Assembly: GCA_026414265.1 (NCBI GenBank)
Contig: JAOAJI010000001.1
Location: forward strand, 4,009 to 63,467
Direction of reading: 5' to 3'
Source: Candidatus Micrarchaeota archaeon
Lineage (GTDB): Archaea; Micrarchaeota; Micrarchaeia; Anstonellales; SKW190
DNA: 59,459 nucleotides
Shown here piece after piece: positions 37,167 to 46,189 of this stretch. The translations under genes and the position numbers were made by a program. The first letter of the stretch is position 1. Each line of letters opens with the position of its first letter. A model generated the notes under the pieces. The model made no database searches and was not told the origin of the DNA. It saw nothing but the letters and a program-made list of their open reading frames with translations.

Positions 37167-38437
37167 AAAGTGAAGATGACATAGACTTTGTTTTGGTGAA
37201 AAAAGCAAAGGTAATTTCAAAAAGCAAGATAATAGAACAAGACGTGTTGTTTAACTATAAAATTATAAAAGTTGGTAAAAATTTGCAAGATGATGCCAAC
37301 ATAATAATTGACGCAACTGACTATTATTTGATGTATGGGTTTATTGATCCACACGTTCATTTAAGAAACTTTAGTGAATCATATAAAGAGGATTTTGAAT
37401 CAGGAACCAAAGCTGCTGTTCATGGAGGAGCAACTACTGTAATAGATATGCCTAACAACAAACCTTTTGTAGACGATCAAAATAAACTTGATAGAAAAAT
37501 TGAACTAGCTAAAAACAGCAAGTTATATTGTAATCTACATTTTTACTTAGGGATAAGCAAGAATAATATAGATAATTTTTTTCAAGTAAAAAACTGCATA
37601 GGTTACAAATTATATGCTTCACAAACCACTAATGTAGAAGAAAACTTGAGCTTTGAAGAATTAAAAAAAATACTAGTTAATTATGACAAAGACAAAACTC
37701 AAAGACCTTTGTATGTCCATGCAGAAAAAGTAACTAATCATGTAACAAAAAACTTAGAGGAGCATGAAAAAAGCAGAAGCGAATTTGACGAGCTTGAACT
37801 GGTTAAACATTTGTGTGACATCAATAAAAAGATCCACATTACTCATGTATCTTCTCCGTTCACAGCAGACTTTCTTGTAAAAAATCGAGTTTCTTTTGAT
37901 TTGACTCCTCATCACTGCATGTTCTATTTAGATGAAAACATTGTTTTATCTGAAAAGGCACAAAATCTTCTAAAGGTTAATCCTCCGATAAGGAAAATAG
38001 AAAGTCAGAAATTCCTGACAGGATACTTAAAAACCAGTTATTGCTTATTAGGATCTGACCATGCACCGCATTCAATGGATGAAAAATCTGATGAATTCAG
38101 TAAATGTCCATCAGGCATAAGCTCCTTAGACGTAATATTGCCACTTTGGCTACACATATTCACAAATATAGAGGAAAAGCATTCAGGAATGAGATTATTG
38201 GCAGAAAAGAATTTGAAAATGTATAGGAAATTCAGGATAAAAAACAAAGGAGAAATAAAGAAGGACAATGTAGCAGATTTGGTCATCTTCGAGGAAAAAG
38301 AAGTAAGAATAGACACGTCAAATTGGTTTTCGAAAGCAAAAAAAAGCCCTTATAACGGTTTTCTCTTAGGATATAAAGTAGTTACTACGATCGTGAATGG
38401 CAAACTAAGATACCATAATGGAAAAGTTCACGAATGA
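37163..38437 (+). CDS. pyrC: Dihydroorotase (cyclic amidohydrolase)
   Basis: GFIDPHVHLR metal-binding motif, GGATTVIDMPN and GSDHAPH. Overlaps the pyrK stop by 4 nt. Confidence 0.75.
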   Translation: MKSEDDIDFVLVKKAKVISKSKIIEQDVLFNYKIIKVGKNLQDDANIIIDATDYYLMYGFIDPHVHLRNFSESYKEDFESGTKAAVHGGATTVIDMPNNKPFVDDQNKLDRKIELAKNSKLYCNLHFYLGISKNNIDNFFQVKNCIGYKLYASQTTNVEENLSFEELKKILVNYDKDKTQRPLYVHAEKVTNHVTKNLEEHEKSRSEFDELELVKHLCDINKKIHITHVSSPFTADFLVKNRVSFDLTPHHCMFYLDENIVLSEKAQNLLKVNPPIRKIESQKFLTGYLKTSYCLLGSDHAPHSMDEKSDEFSKCPSGISSLDVILPLWLHIFTNIEEKHSGMRLLAEKNLKMYRKFRIKNKGEIKKDNVADLVIFEEKEVRIDTSNWFSKAKKSPYNGFLLGYKVVTTIVNGKLRYHNGKVHE

Positions 38438-38467
38438 TTTAAAAAATGTTATAAATAACATATTAAT

Positions 38468-39586
38468 ATGGAATATAAAAACAATAATTCTCTATTAGCT
38501 CAGAGACCAAACAAAATAATAGGTACTCCTCAACAAGATTTCATCAGTAGGAGATACCTGCTGTCAGGCTATTCTCTCTTAGTTTCCACATTACAAGAAT
38601 TAAGAGAAAGAAGGATAATCTTTTTTGAAAGTCAAGAAAAAGAGAAGGCTAAAATCCATGGTTTCGAAAGAGAGACATATACAGTTAAAACCACAGAAGA
38701 GATTTCGTTAATCTGCATTTCTGGGAGGACTCACGAAGAAGAAAAAAGTTCAGAGTTCGAATTGAGAATAGTGCCATTGGTGTTAAACATAAATGATAGA
38801 AATCTTTTATTAGGAGAATTTCTAGTGAAAAAAAAGAACAAAACATATCCAATACTATTTTACAGGAGTAGTGGTAATACAAGAGGTTATGACTCAGGAA
38901 AATGGAGAATCTCTGCTCTTAGCCTAACAATTCCAATATCTGCTCTTGTTGATAATCCAAAAAAAAGATCAGAGAAAGATTACATAAGTTTGTTGAAAGC
39001 TTTTGCTAATTCTGATTCGTTGAATTCATTGGATTTAGATTCTTTCAACAGATTGTTTTATCAGATTTATGAAAGATATATACCAGTGATTGCCAGATAT
39101 AACAATTCCAGGTATCTTGCACTGACAAGTAAAGAGGAACCACGTGTAACGTATTTGATAACTAAACCAGAGTCTATAGACCTTCGCTACTTCTGGCTTA
39201 TCAAACTTAAATTAGACGATAAGCTAACTGAAGATGTGAAAAGTGAAGTAAAAAGAAGACATCCAGAGTTCACAAAAAGCGAAGATTTTGACAAAATGAT
39301 CTTGATAGATGCAGACGTCTTTTTAAGACTAGACGATTTTCTCGAATCTGTATATACTCATCTATTAAGCAAAGGTAAATTAGCGAGATTAGATGAACGT
39401 AATGCTGATGTAAAGATAGGCAATGAAACCTTAGTTGAATACCTGTGGAAGCGTCAATTACTTTACGTATGTCCTTACTTACCTTATTCTAATGTTAGAG
39501 ACCTAGAGGAGTTACCGACATATTCCCATGTGTTTAGGACCTATCCTGCTTTTTCGATTTTTGGTGCTTATGGTTATATTTGGTAA
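38468..39586 (+). CDS. Hypothetical protein
   Basis: 372-aa ORF with coding-like composition and no recognised motif. Directly upstream of the frameshifted paralog. Confidence 0.5.
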   Translation: MEYKNNNSLLAQRPNKIIGTPQQDFISRRYLLSGYSLLVSTLQELRERRIIFFESQEKEKAKIHGFERETYTVKTTEEISLICISGRTHEEEKSSEFELRIVPLVLNINDRNLLLGEFLVKKKNKTYPILFYRSSGNTRGYDSGKWRISALSLTIPISALVDNPKKRSEKDYISLLKAFANSDSLNSLDLDSFNRLFYQIYERYIPVIARYNNSRYLALTSKEEPRVTYLITKPESIDLRYFWLIKLKLDDKLTEDVKSEVKRRHPEFTKSEDFDKMILIDADVFLRLDDFLESVYTHLLSKGKLARLDERNADVKIGNETLVEYLWKRQLLYVCPYLPYSNVRDLEELPTYSHVFRTYPAFSIFGAYGYIW

Positions 39587-39638
39587 AAAAAATGTTCATA
39601 ATGCTTCTTTACATAGTTATAATTAATATAAAAAGGTG

Positions 39639-41697
39639 ATGAAGATGCCTGGAGAGGATATCATTATTGAAAGTGCTAATGAAAACACAAGTAATGAAAG
39701 AATTAAAGAATTAGAACAACTTAAAATGAATTATTTAAAAGAGTTAGAGAGACTACAGGAGGAAGAAAGAGAACTAATGCAAAAAAAAGATTACGAAAGT
39801 ATCAAAAGACTAAATCTAATAATTAGGCCCAATATCGCTGCCGTTAAAGAACAACTTGACCAAATTGAACAGCAACTAAGTTATGAGAGTTTATCACCAC
39901 TAGATAAAAAATTTATGACTTAGAAAAAAATATAGAAGAACTACAAAACAAAATAGAAGAGTTAGAAAAGCTTGGCTTTAAGAGAACTGCTGATCAACAA
40001 CACGACTTGACAAGATCCAGAAGTGAGCTACAAGAACTACAACGCGAACTACAAATATTAAAAGAACTCAAAAAACAAGACAGCACAACTGACACTACTT
40101 CGGCTGGAAAAAATAATACTGGTTCTAAAGAACCTGCTAACAAACCAGATCAATCAACCTCTAAAAATAATCAAGACGTTAACTCTGATAAACAACCTGA
40201 ACCACAAAAAGAGAATACGAACAAACATGCAAATGTTGATGTAAGTTCTCACGTGGATACACTAACCAAAATAAGAGAAAAATCACAAAGGATAACTGGC
40301 AAAGCGTCTAAAGTTAGAAGTATTACTTTTTTTTCACAAACTTTCCTGCCTGGGCAGTTCAACAAGTATTAAACAAACCTCAGGAAAATCAACAACAACC
40401 ACAAACTGCTGAAAATACAAACACACAACAAGGTAAAGAAGATGCTCTTAGAGTAGTAAAACAATCACCATATTCGTTAGCAAAATTAGGCCTTGGTATC
40501 GGAGTTCCTTTAGCTGTAAGCGCGCTGAGCTTAACAACCAACTTGCTATCAGGAATGCCGATAGTGAATGGAATCGTATCAGGAGTTGGTGCTGCTATAG
40601 GCGTGAAAGCATTGAGCGATACTCTTGCTAAAGCAAGTGTAATAAAAAGAACTGAAAAAGAAATAAGAAGTGTAAACATAGAATTGCTACACGTAGCGAT
40701 AGAAGAACAGAATAAATTGACTATTCCTCAACTAGGTGAAGCATTAACAACTACTCATGCAGACGTCTCGCTAACAACGATTTACTCTAAACATTATGAA
40801 AACTTAAGAAATTACCTAAACAACAATCCAGGAATGATATCTAGGTATATCAGAGCAGTAGCTGAGAGAAGTGTTGCATTGGCAGCCCATGATACAGTAG
40901 AGATGACTGAAGTTCAGAAATTCTTAGAATCGCATGTACAGGGAATTGCTGCTTTAATCGCTATAAAAAATGGAGCAGAATTCATTACAGAAGAACATGT
41001 TAAGAAGGCTCAAGAAGAACTAGACAAGGAAATTCAAAGCGCGAGCAAAAAAGGAAAATGGTACACTGCATTGAGATGGTTTATTTCTGCGATAGTTGGT
41101 ATAGTAACAGGCTGGTTTGCATGGTTTAAATCTTCTGAAGCAACAACTAGCGCCAATAAAACAGACGCATCAAGCACTACGAATTCTCAAGTGGAAACAA
41201 ATCAATCTGCCATAACACAACACGAAGGCGTTGTTACACCAGGAATAATAGATATCTCAACAGCAAAAAGCGATGTTCAAAGATTGATTGACTACATGAA
41301 GAACAACGAAGAAGTAGTTAAAAACATGTCATTCAGAGAGATAGTAGAAAAAGCAGGTCTACAAAGTGAAGAAGTTAAACAACAATTGATTGAAAGCTTT
41401 GTCTATACAGGTAAACCAATAGGTTTGGAAACACTTAGAAGATTCACAGGCTTGGACCCTGATTATTTAGCAGAACACGTTGTCAGAGTTGATGCAGCAA
41501 GAGATTCTGCAAATTTATCAGAATACCAAAAACTTTTGCATGAAGTAAGTAAAGGATTCGAAGAAGCCAAACAAACAGTTGATAAAACAGATCCTAAATG
41601 GAAAATTGCTCTAGACGCATTAAAGAAGCGATTAAACGATAAAGGAATTAACGTGGCAGAAGGAGGTACTCACATACCAAAAAGAAAAATAGTTTAA
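39639..41697 (+). pseudogene. Coiled-coil/membrane protein gene split into three frames by two 1-nt homopolymer shifts; paralog of 46190-48298
   Basis: Segments are 39639-39923, about 39908-40372, and about 40333-41697. The frame changes occur at the A6 run (39906-39911) and the T8 run (40327-40334). Adding one base at each gives one continuous reading frame that aligns with the intact paralog across both junctions. Confidence 0.75.
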
Positions 41698-41710
41698 TCT
41701 ACAAAAGACC

Positions 41711-41724
41711 TTTTTTATTTTTTT
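41711..41724 (+). terminator. T-rich tract (TTTTTTATTTTTTT), a likely archaeal intrinsic terminator
   Basis: Lies 14 nt after the stop at 41697. Archaeal RNA polymerase terminates on oligo-T. Confidence 0.4.
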
Positions 41725-41725
41725 A

Positions 41726-41800
41726 CGCTCCCACTGGGATTTGAACCCAGGTCTTAGGCTTGAAAGGCCCACGTCCTTGGCCGGGCTAGACGATGGGAGC
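41726..41800 (-). tRNA. tRNA-Glu(UUC)
   Basis: Reverse complement reads GCTCCCA-TC-GTCT..GGAC-G-TGGGC-CTTTCAA-GCCTA-AGAC-CTGGG-TTCAAAT-CCCAG-TGGGAGC-G. Confidence 0.85.
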
Positions 41801-41971
41801 TTTAATATACTTTTTTGAAAAGAAGATTTAAAATATTTTTTAAAGTGTTGCAAAAATATATTCAGGTATGATAAACTTTAATTAGAAATAAAACCAATTC
41901 ATTTATATTTTTGCTTCTTATTACTAGTTTTACTCCTTGTATATTATGCTTTATACGAATTAATTTTTCTT

Positions 41972-43783
41972 TTGTTCGTAAGTTTCTCTCTTGGTTATCT
42001 AGTTACTAGAGAACATTCGCTATTGAATTTTGGATATGGATTAGCTTTGCTTGCTATTATTGGAATTATATTTAATTTGGTAAAAATACCAATAACTTGG
42101 GAATTGTTTTTAGTACTTGGTATTTTAGCAACATTTGTAGGTAAGAAATTATTGAATTCGTATTTTATTGAAATTCAGCCCCACAATATAAAATCAGATA
42201 CTGTTTTCAATAATATTATAATTGGACTGCTACTAGTCAATTCCATAATCTATTATGTTGGTGCAACAAATTATTTATGGTATGAAGACGGAGACCCTTG
42301 GGGTCATGCAATAGGAGTATATGTGATAAAGGAAAACAAAAGTTTTTCAACCTATTTTAACGAATTGCCGATTGAACTTTTTGAAAGATTGTATATTGAA
42401 CCTTATCCTCCTGGTTACGATATTTTGCTTGCATTACTTGCACAAATTAACAATTCCATCATGTTCACACTTAAATTTTACAATGCCTTTTTAGTTGCAT
42501 ATACTTTAATTCCAGCCTATTTTCTTTTTCTTTTATTGAGTAAAGACCTAAAATTTTCAGTTTTTGCCACTTTTGTTTTACTCATGCTTCCTGCATACAT
42601 GTCTCATTTCATTTGGGCTCAGACATTAGCTATGACCTTTTTCTTATTAGGGTTGTATAGTCTGGCAAAGGTTATTGAGGACAAGAAATACGTGTTGGCT
42701 TCTATAATTACCATAAGCGCTTTGGCATTAACACAGCCATCGGTAGCCGTTATTTTTGTTCCTGTGGCAGGAATTTTGGTCTTATCAATTTTAAGAGAAA
42801 AAGGATTTGATATACAAATTTTGAAATACTTTTTGTTGATCGGATTTCTATCATTGATAATTCCTCTAATAGTTTATTGGATCCCTACGTATCTCAAATT
42901 CGGTTTTGAAAAAACGTTATATGGCATTGGATTATTTGATGCAGAGCAAAAAAAAGCGAACATAGCTGAAATGTTTACACACAGAACTTTAGACACTTCT
43001 GGAGGATTTGTTTATACTTTGGATGATTTCATAAACGCTAAAGAGTTTGGAAAAATAGACCAACACATAGGTATAGGAATAGTTGCCAGTATTTTGTTAA
43101 TCATAGGCTTTGTTTTGTTATTCTTTGTGACTTTAAAAAACAATAAATTTGTTTATACTTTTGTTTTGTTATTCTTTATTTTTTCTATAATAGGAGTACA
43201 AGGAAATGCATTACCAGTAAAATTATTTCCACACAGATTCTGGGTGTTTTTCGCAATTCCTTCAGCTTTCATAATTGTATATGCAACTTTTTACCTATTA
43301 ACTTTGTTAAAGAATAACGTAGCTAAAACTTTGCTTGTTGTTATAATAATTATTCTTATAGGATACACATCTGGGCTCCCAAAGTACAAAGTTCAAACAG
43401 ACATATGGCCACCTTATGTGTTCAAATCAGATTATGAAATAGATGGATATGGCAAAATGATGAATTTAACTGATAAAAATTCAAGAATATTTAGTTTATG
43501 CAACTCTGACTCAATCATAGTAGGATACGAGAGAAAAACAGATATACATTTAAAAGAGCATTATTTGTTCAAAAAAGCCATTCAAAACAAGACTGTAACT
43601 GTCAAAGATGTTGATAACTATGTTAAATTCAAGAACTATACTTATGTAATCATAGACACTAGTTGTATTTCGTATTACAACGAAAAAGAAATTAACAACA
43701 TGCTTAACTATTTTTTCTCAAATACAGAATATACTATGATTTACAACAACCCAGGTTTTTTCATGTTCAAAAGAGTAAGATAA
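41972..43783 (+). CDS. Polytopic GT-C-fold glycosyltransferase-like membrane protein (ArnT/PMT/STT3-like)
   Basis: At least 12 TM helices, an early loop YLWYEDGDPWGH and a soluble C-terminal domain. The start is uncertain: the frame stays open and hydrophobic for about 90 nt upstream without an ATG or GTG. Confidence 0.45.
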   Translation: MFVSFSLGYLVTREHSLLNFGYGLALLAIIGIIFNLVKIPITWELFLVLGILATFVGKKLLNSYFIEIQPHNIKSDTVFNNIIIGLLLVNSIIYYVGATNYLWYEDGDPWGHAIGVYVIKENKSFSTYFNELPIELFERLYIEPYPPGYDILLALLAQINNSIMFTLKFYNAFLVAYTLIPAYFLFLLLSKDLKFSVFATFVLLMLPAYMSHFIWAQTLAMTFFLLGLYSLAKVIEDKKYVLASIITISALALTQPSVAVIFVPVAGILVLSILREKGFDIQILKYFLLIGFLSLIIPLIVYWIPTYLKFGFEKTLYGIGLFDAEQKKANIAEMFTHRTLDTSGGFVYTLDDFINAKEFGKIDQHIGIGIVASILLIIGFVLLFFVTLKNNKFVYTFVLLFFIFSIIGVQGNALPVKLFPHRFWVFFAIPSAFIIVYATFYLLTLLKNNVAKTLLVVIIIILIGYTSGLPKYKVQTDIWPPYVFKSDYEIDGYGKMMNLTDKNSRIFSLCNSDSIIVGYERKTDIHLKEHYLFKKAIQNKTVTVKDVDNYVKFKNYTYVIIDTSCISYYNEKEINNMLNYFFSNTEYTMIYNNPGFFMFKRVR

Positions 43784-43813
43784 CAGCAATCTTTTAAACT
43801 AAAATAACCAAAT

Positions 43814-44548
43814 ATGTTTGCTGGACCAGTTTCCTCTGTGATCGAGATGGATCTTACAGCGAATATTCAAATCCAAAAGCAATTTGACCTAGCTAAATTA
43901 ATCCAGAAGGATTGTTGGAAAACTATTTTGATCGATTTAATTGAGAGGGAAAAACTTGATCCATGGAATATAGATATCGTTGAATTAACTTCCCATTTCA
44001 TTAAAGAAATAAGGCATATGAAAAATTTGAATTTATCGATACCTGCAAATGTTATTCTTGCATCTTCAATACTGTTGAGATTTAAATCAAGTTCACTGAA
44101 GGATTTGGTAGACTATGAGCAGAACTACATCATAGAAGAGGATAACAATTACAATGTGAACCAGTTAATTGAATTGCCTAATTTAACACTTTTGACTAGA
44201 TTACCAAGGAAAAAATTCGTCACTTTAGACGAATTGATTAAAATGGTAGAAGAAGTGATGCACAAAATAAAAATAAGGGCACAAAGTGAACTAAACAAGC
44301 AAAACCAGAAGATGATAGAAATTAAAATAGAAGGCTATGATATCGAGAAAGAAATGGAAAAAATATTGAGTGTGATGAATGAACTAAAAGACCATAACAA
44401 TATGCTCACTTTCAGCATGCTCACAAACAAAGTTGATAGAATTGAAGCATTTCTCCCTCTTCTTTATCTGAGAATGCACAACAAAATCTTATTGATACAA
44501 GAAGAATTCTTCGGAGAAATAATAATTTGCTTAAATGGCATTAACTAA
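43814..44548 (+). CDS. scpA: Segregation and condensation protein A (ScpA kleisin)
   Basis: REKLDPWNIDIVELTSHFIKEI, with LPANVILASSILLRFKS following. Confidence 0.75.
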   Translation: MFAGPVSSVIEMDLTANIQIQKQFDLAKLIQKDCWKTILIDLIEREKLDPWNIDIVELTSHFIKEIRHMKNLNLSIPANVILASSILLRFKSSSLKDLVDYEQNYIIEEDNNYNVNQLIELPNLTLLTRLPRKKFVTLDELIKMVEEVMHKIKIRAQSELNKQNQKMIEIKIEGYDIEKEMEKILSVMNELKDHNNMLTFSMLTNKVDRIEAFLPLLYLRMHNKILLIQEEFFGEIIICLNGIN

Positions 44549-44851
44549 TTTCTTGTGTAGCTTTTTTATTGTCCCAGAGGAAGTAACAGGTATCAATCTC
44601 ACATCTGAAAGAAATGCACAAGCAGATATCAACTTATGAAAATTGAGATGATCAACACATATTACCGCAATTCTGTCTTTTATTGATATAAGTTGAATTT
44701 TTACTTGAGATAAACCTACTTGACCAAAAAGAATTGCATACTGTTTCCTGATCTTTCTTATTATGTCTTTATCAATCTCTTCTGATAGTTCTGACTGGAT
44801 TAAAAAAGCAATGTACCTTTGCTTGAATTGTTTAACTTTCATTATCATCAC
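44531..44851 (-). CDS. RNase P protein component 2 (Pop5/Rnp2)
   Basis: KQRYIAFLI near the N-terminus and VTSSGTIKKLHKKL at the C-terminus, matching the archaeal Pop5 pattern KRYIAF...VSGTIKRLKRKF. Confidence 0.8.
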   Translation of the reverse strand: MMIMKVKQFKQRYIAFLIQSELSEEIDKDIIRKIRKQYAILFGQVGLSQVKIQLISIKDRIAVICVDHLNFHKLISACAFLSDVRLIPVTSSGTIKKLHKKLVNAI

Positions 44852-45323
44852 CTAAAAAGTTTTGATTTGATATCATTTCTTTAGCTATATCGTCTTCTAC
44901 GGAAAAAACGGATTTAAGAATAGAAAAATGCTCGTAATATGACCTCAGTTCATAAACTGAAGAAGCTAAACTACAAGACTTTAGTTGAATTTGATTCATG
45001 ATTGCAAAGTCTACAATTTTTTTGTAAGTAGATATTAGATAGACATTTTTAATAACACTGGAAATTGGAATCAATATCGTTAAACGCTTTTTTCCATTTA
45101 CTTTCCTGATCGAATTAAGCTGATTAATTATTGAATTATCTGCAACCAAAACACAATTACTGAAGTTACATTTCTTTGCTTCTTCTACTTTGTGAATCAA
45201 GTTAGGTATCTCATCCAATCTGATGATCCTTTTGATACCAAAAAATCTATACTCTGGTAGTTGATGAAAATTCTTAATTATATCTATATTAAAATTATTG
45301 TCAACTACGTCTATAAATTCCAT
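44832..45323 (-). CDS. RNase P protein component 3 (Rpp30/Rnp3), short form
   Basis: Occupies the conserved L15e-Rpp30-Pop5 gene order. SLASSVYELRSYYE resembles the Rpp30 C-terminal A.SP.ELR motif. At 163 aa it is shorter than usual. Confidence 0.55.
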   Translation of the reverse strand: MEFIDVVDNNFNIDIIKNFHQLPEYRFFGIKRIIRLDEIPNLIHKVEEAKKCNFSNCVLVADNSIINQLNSIRKVNGKKRLTILIPISSVIKNVYLISTYKKIVDFAIMNQIQLKSCSLASSVYELRSYYEHFSILKSVFSVEDDIAKEMISNQNFLGDDNES

Positions 45324-45332
45324 AACATAATT

Positions 45333-45836
45333 CTATCCTTTGTTGATAAGACCCCTTGCTTTTCTGCCTTGGTACGTTAAACCCCTATAAACCCTTCTCT
45401 TAACATTTTTAGCAGGTATTTTGATTGTAGATGCGTTAGGGTCAAACAGAATTACTTCATAGAAGTTGTATTGACCATCTTCTCCAATGTAATATGAGTT
45501 GAGGACTTCTAGGTTAGTAAACTTTTTCTGTGCTCTTTTTTCTGCTATCAACTGATACGATTCATTTCTGGTAACATATCTGAAGTTACTACCTGGTTTT
45601 CTACCTTTAGCAGGTTTTTCTCTTTTTCTTTTGCCTTTTCTAATTCTTACTCTCGCAATAATAAAGCCTTGTTTTGGTTTGTATCCTAATACTCTAGCTC
45701 TAGGGAGATTACTAGGTTTTTCTACTCGTACTACAGAAGGCTGCTTTTTCCATTCAATGATCTTCTTTCTAAGAGATTCAGACCTTTTCTTGTACTCTTG
45801 TATTATTGTCTGCTTGATATACTTATAAGCACCCAT
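45333..45836 (-). CDS. rpl15e: Ribosomal protein L15e
   Basis: MGAYKYIKQ start, RVEKPSNLPRARVLGYKPKQGFIIARVRIRKG. The ATG at 45836 is preferred to the extended ORF-track start. Confidence 0.9.
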   Translation of the reverse strand: MGAYKYIKQTIIQEYKKRSESLRKKIIEWKKQPSVVRVEKPSNLPRARVLGYKPKQGFIIARVRIRKGKRKREKPAKGRKPGSNFRYVTRNESYQLIAEKRAQKKFTNLEVLNSYYIGEDGQYNFYEVILFDPNASTIKIPAKNVKRRVYRGLTYQGRKARGLINKG

Positions 45837-45930
45837 GACTATAACCTCTATTTTTAGATAACTCAAATTAATGATAGTAATGTTTTTAATAGTTATTATA
45901 TAGATGGAAAATACTATCGGTGAACGTGAA

Positions 45931-46089
45931 ATGGGAAAATTTCCTGAAGCAGATAGACTAATTGCTAATACTAAAATCTGTTTTAAATGCAAAGCCAGAA
46001 ATCCAAAAACAGCTCAAAAGTGCAGGAAGTGTGGATACAAGTATCTAAGACCTAAGAACAAGGAATTGGCTGCAAAGAAAGGCGCTTAA
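45931..46089 (+). CDS. rpl40e: Ribosomal protein L40e
   Basis: [30 protein letters not shown] zinc-ribbon core. Confidence 0.85.
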   Translation: MGKFPEADRLIANTKICFKCKARNPKTAQKCRKCGYKYLRPKNKELAAKKGA

Positions 46090-46189
46090 TTTTTGTTATA
46101 AAAGAAAGCATTATTGCACTTTCTTATTGTTTTTTTTAACACATATTTTTTAAATAGATGGGTTTATTTCTTTCTTTAGGTGTTAGCTT

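Noticed and set aside
40389-40679. 96-aa minus-strand ORF in the gap between two fragments of the frameshifted gene
   Set aside because: The plus strand here encodes the conserved segment FTNFPAWAVQQVLN...LSGMPIVNG that aligns with the intact paralog, so the minus-strand ORF is a shadow.
41880-41972. Possible 5' frameshift in the GT-C glycosyltransferase-like gene
   Set aside because: The main frame is itself open and hydrophobic upstream of the TTG at 41972, so no frameshift is needed. The problem is only an unclear, possibly non-canonical start codon.
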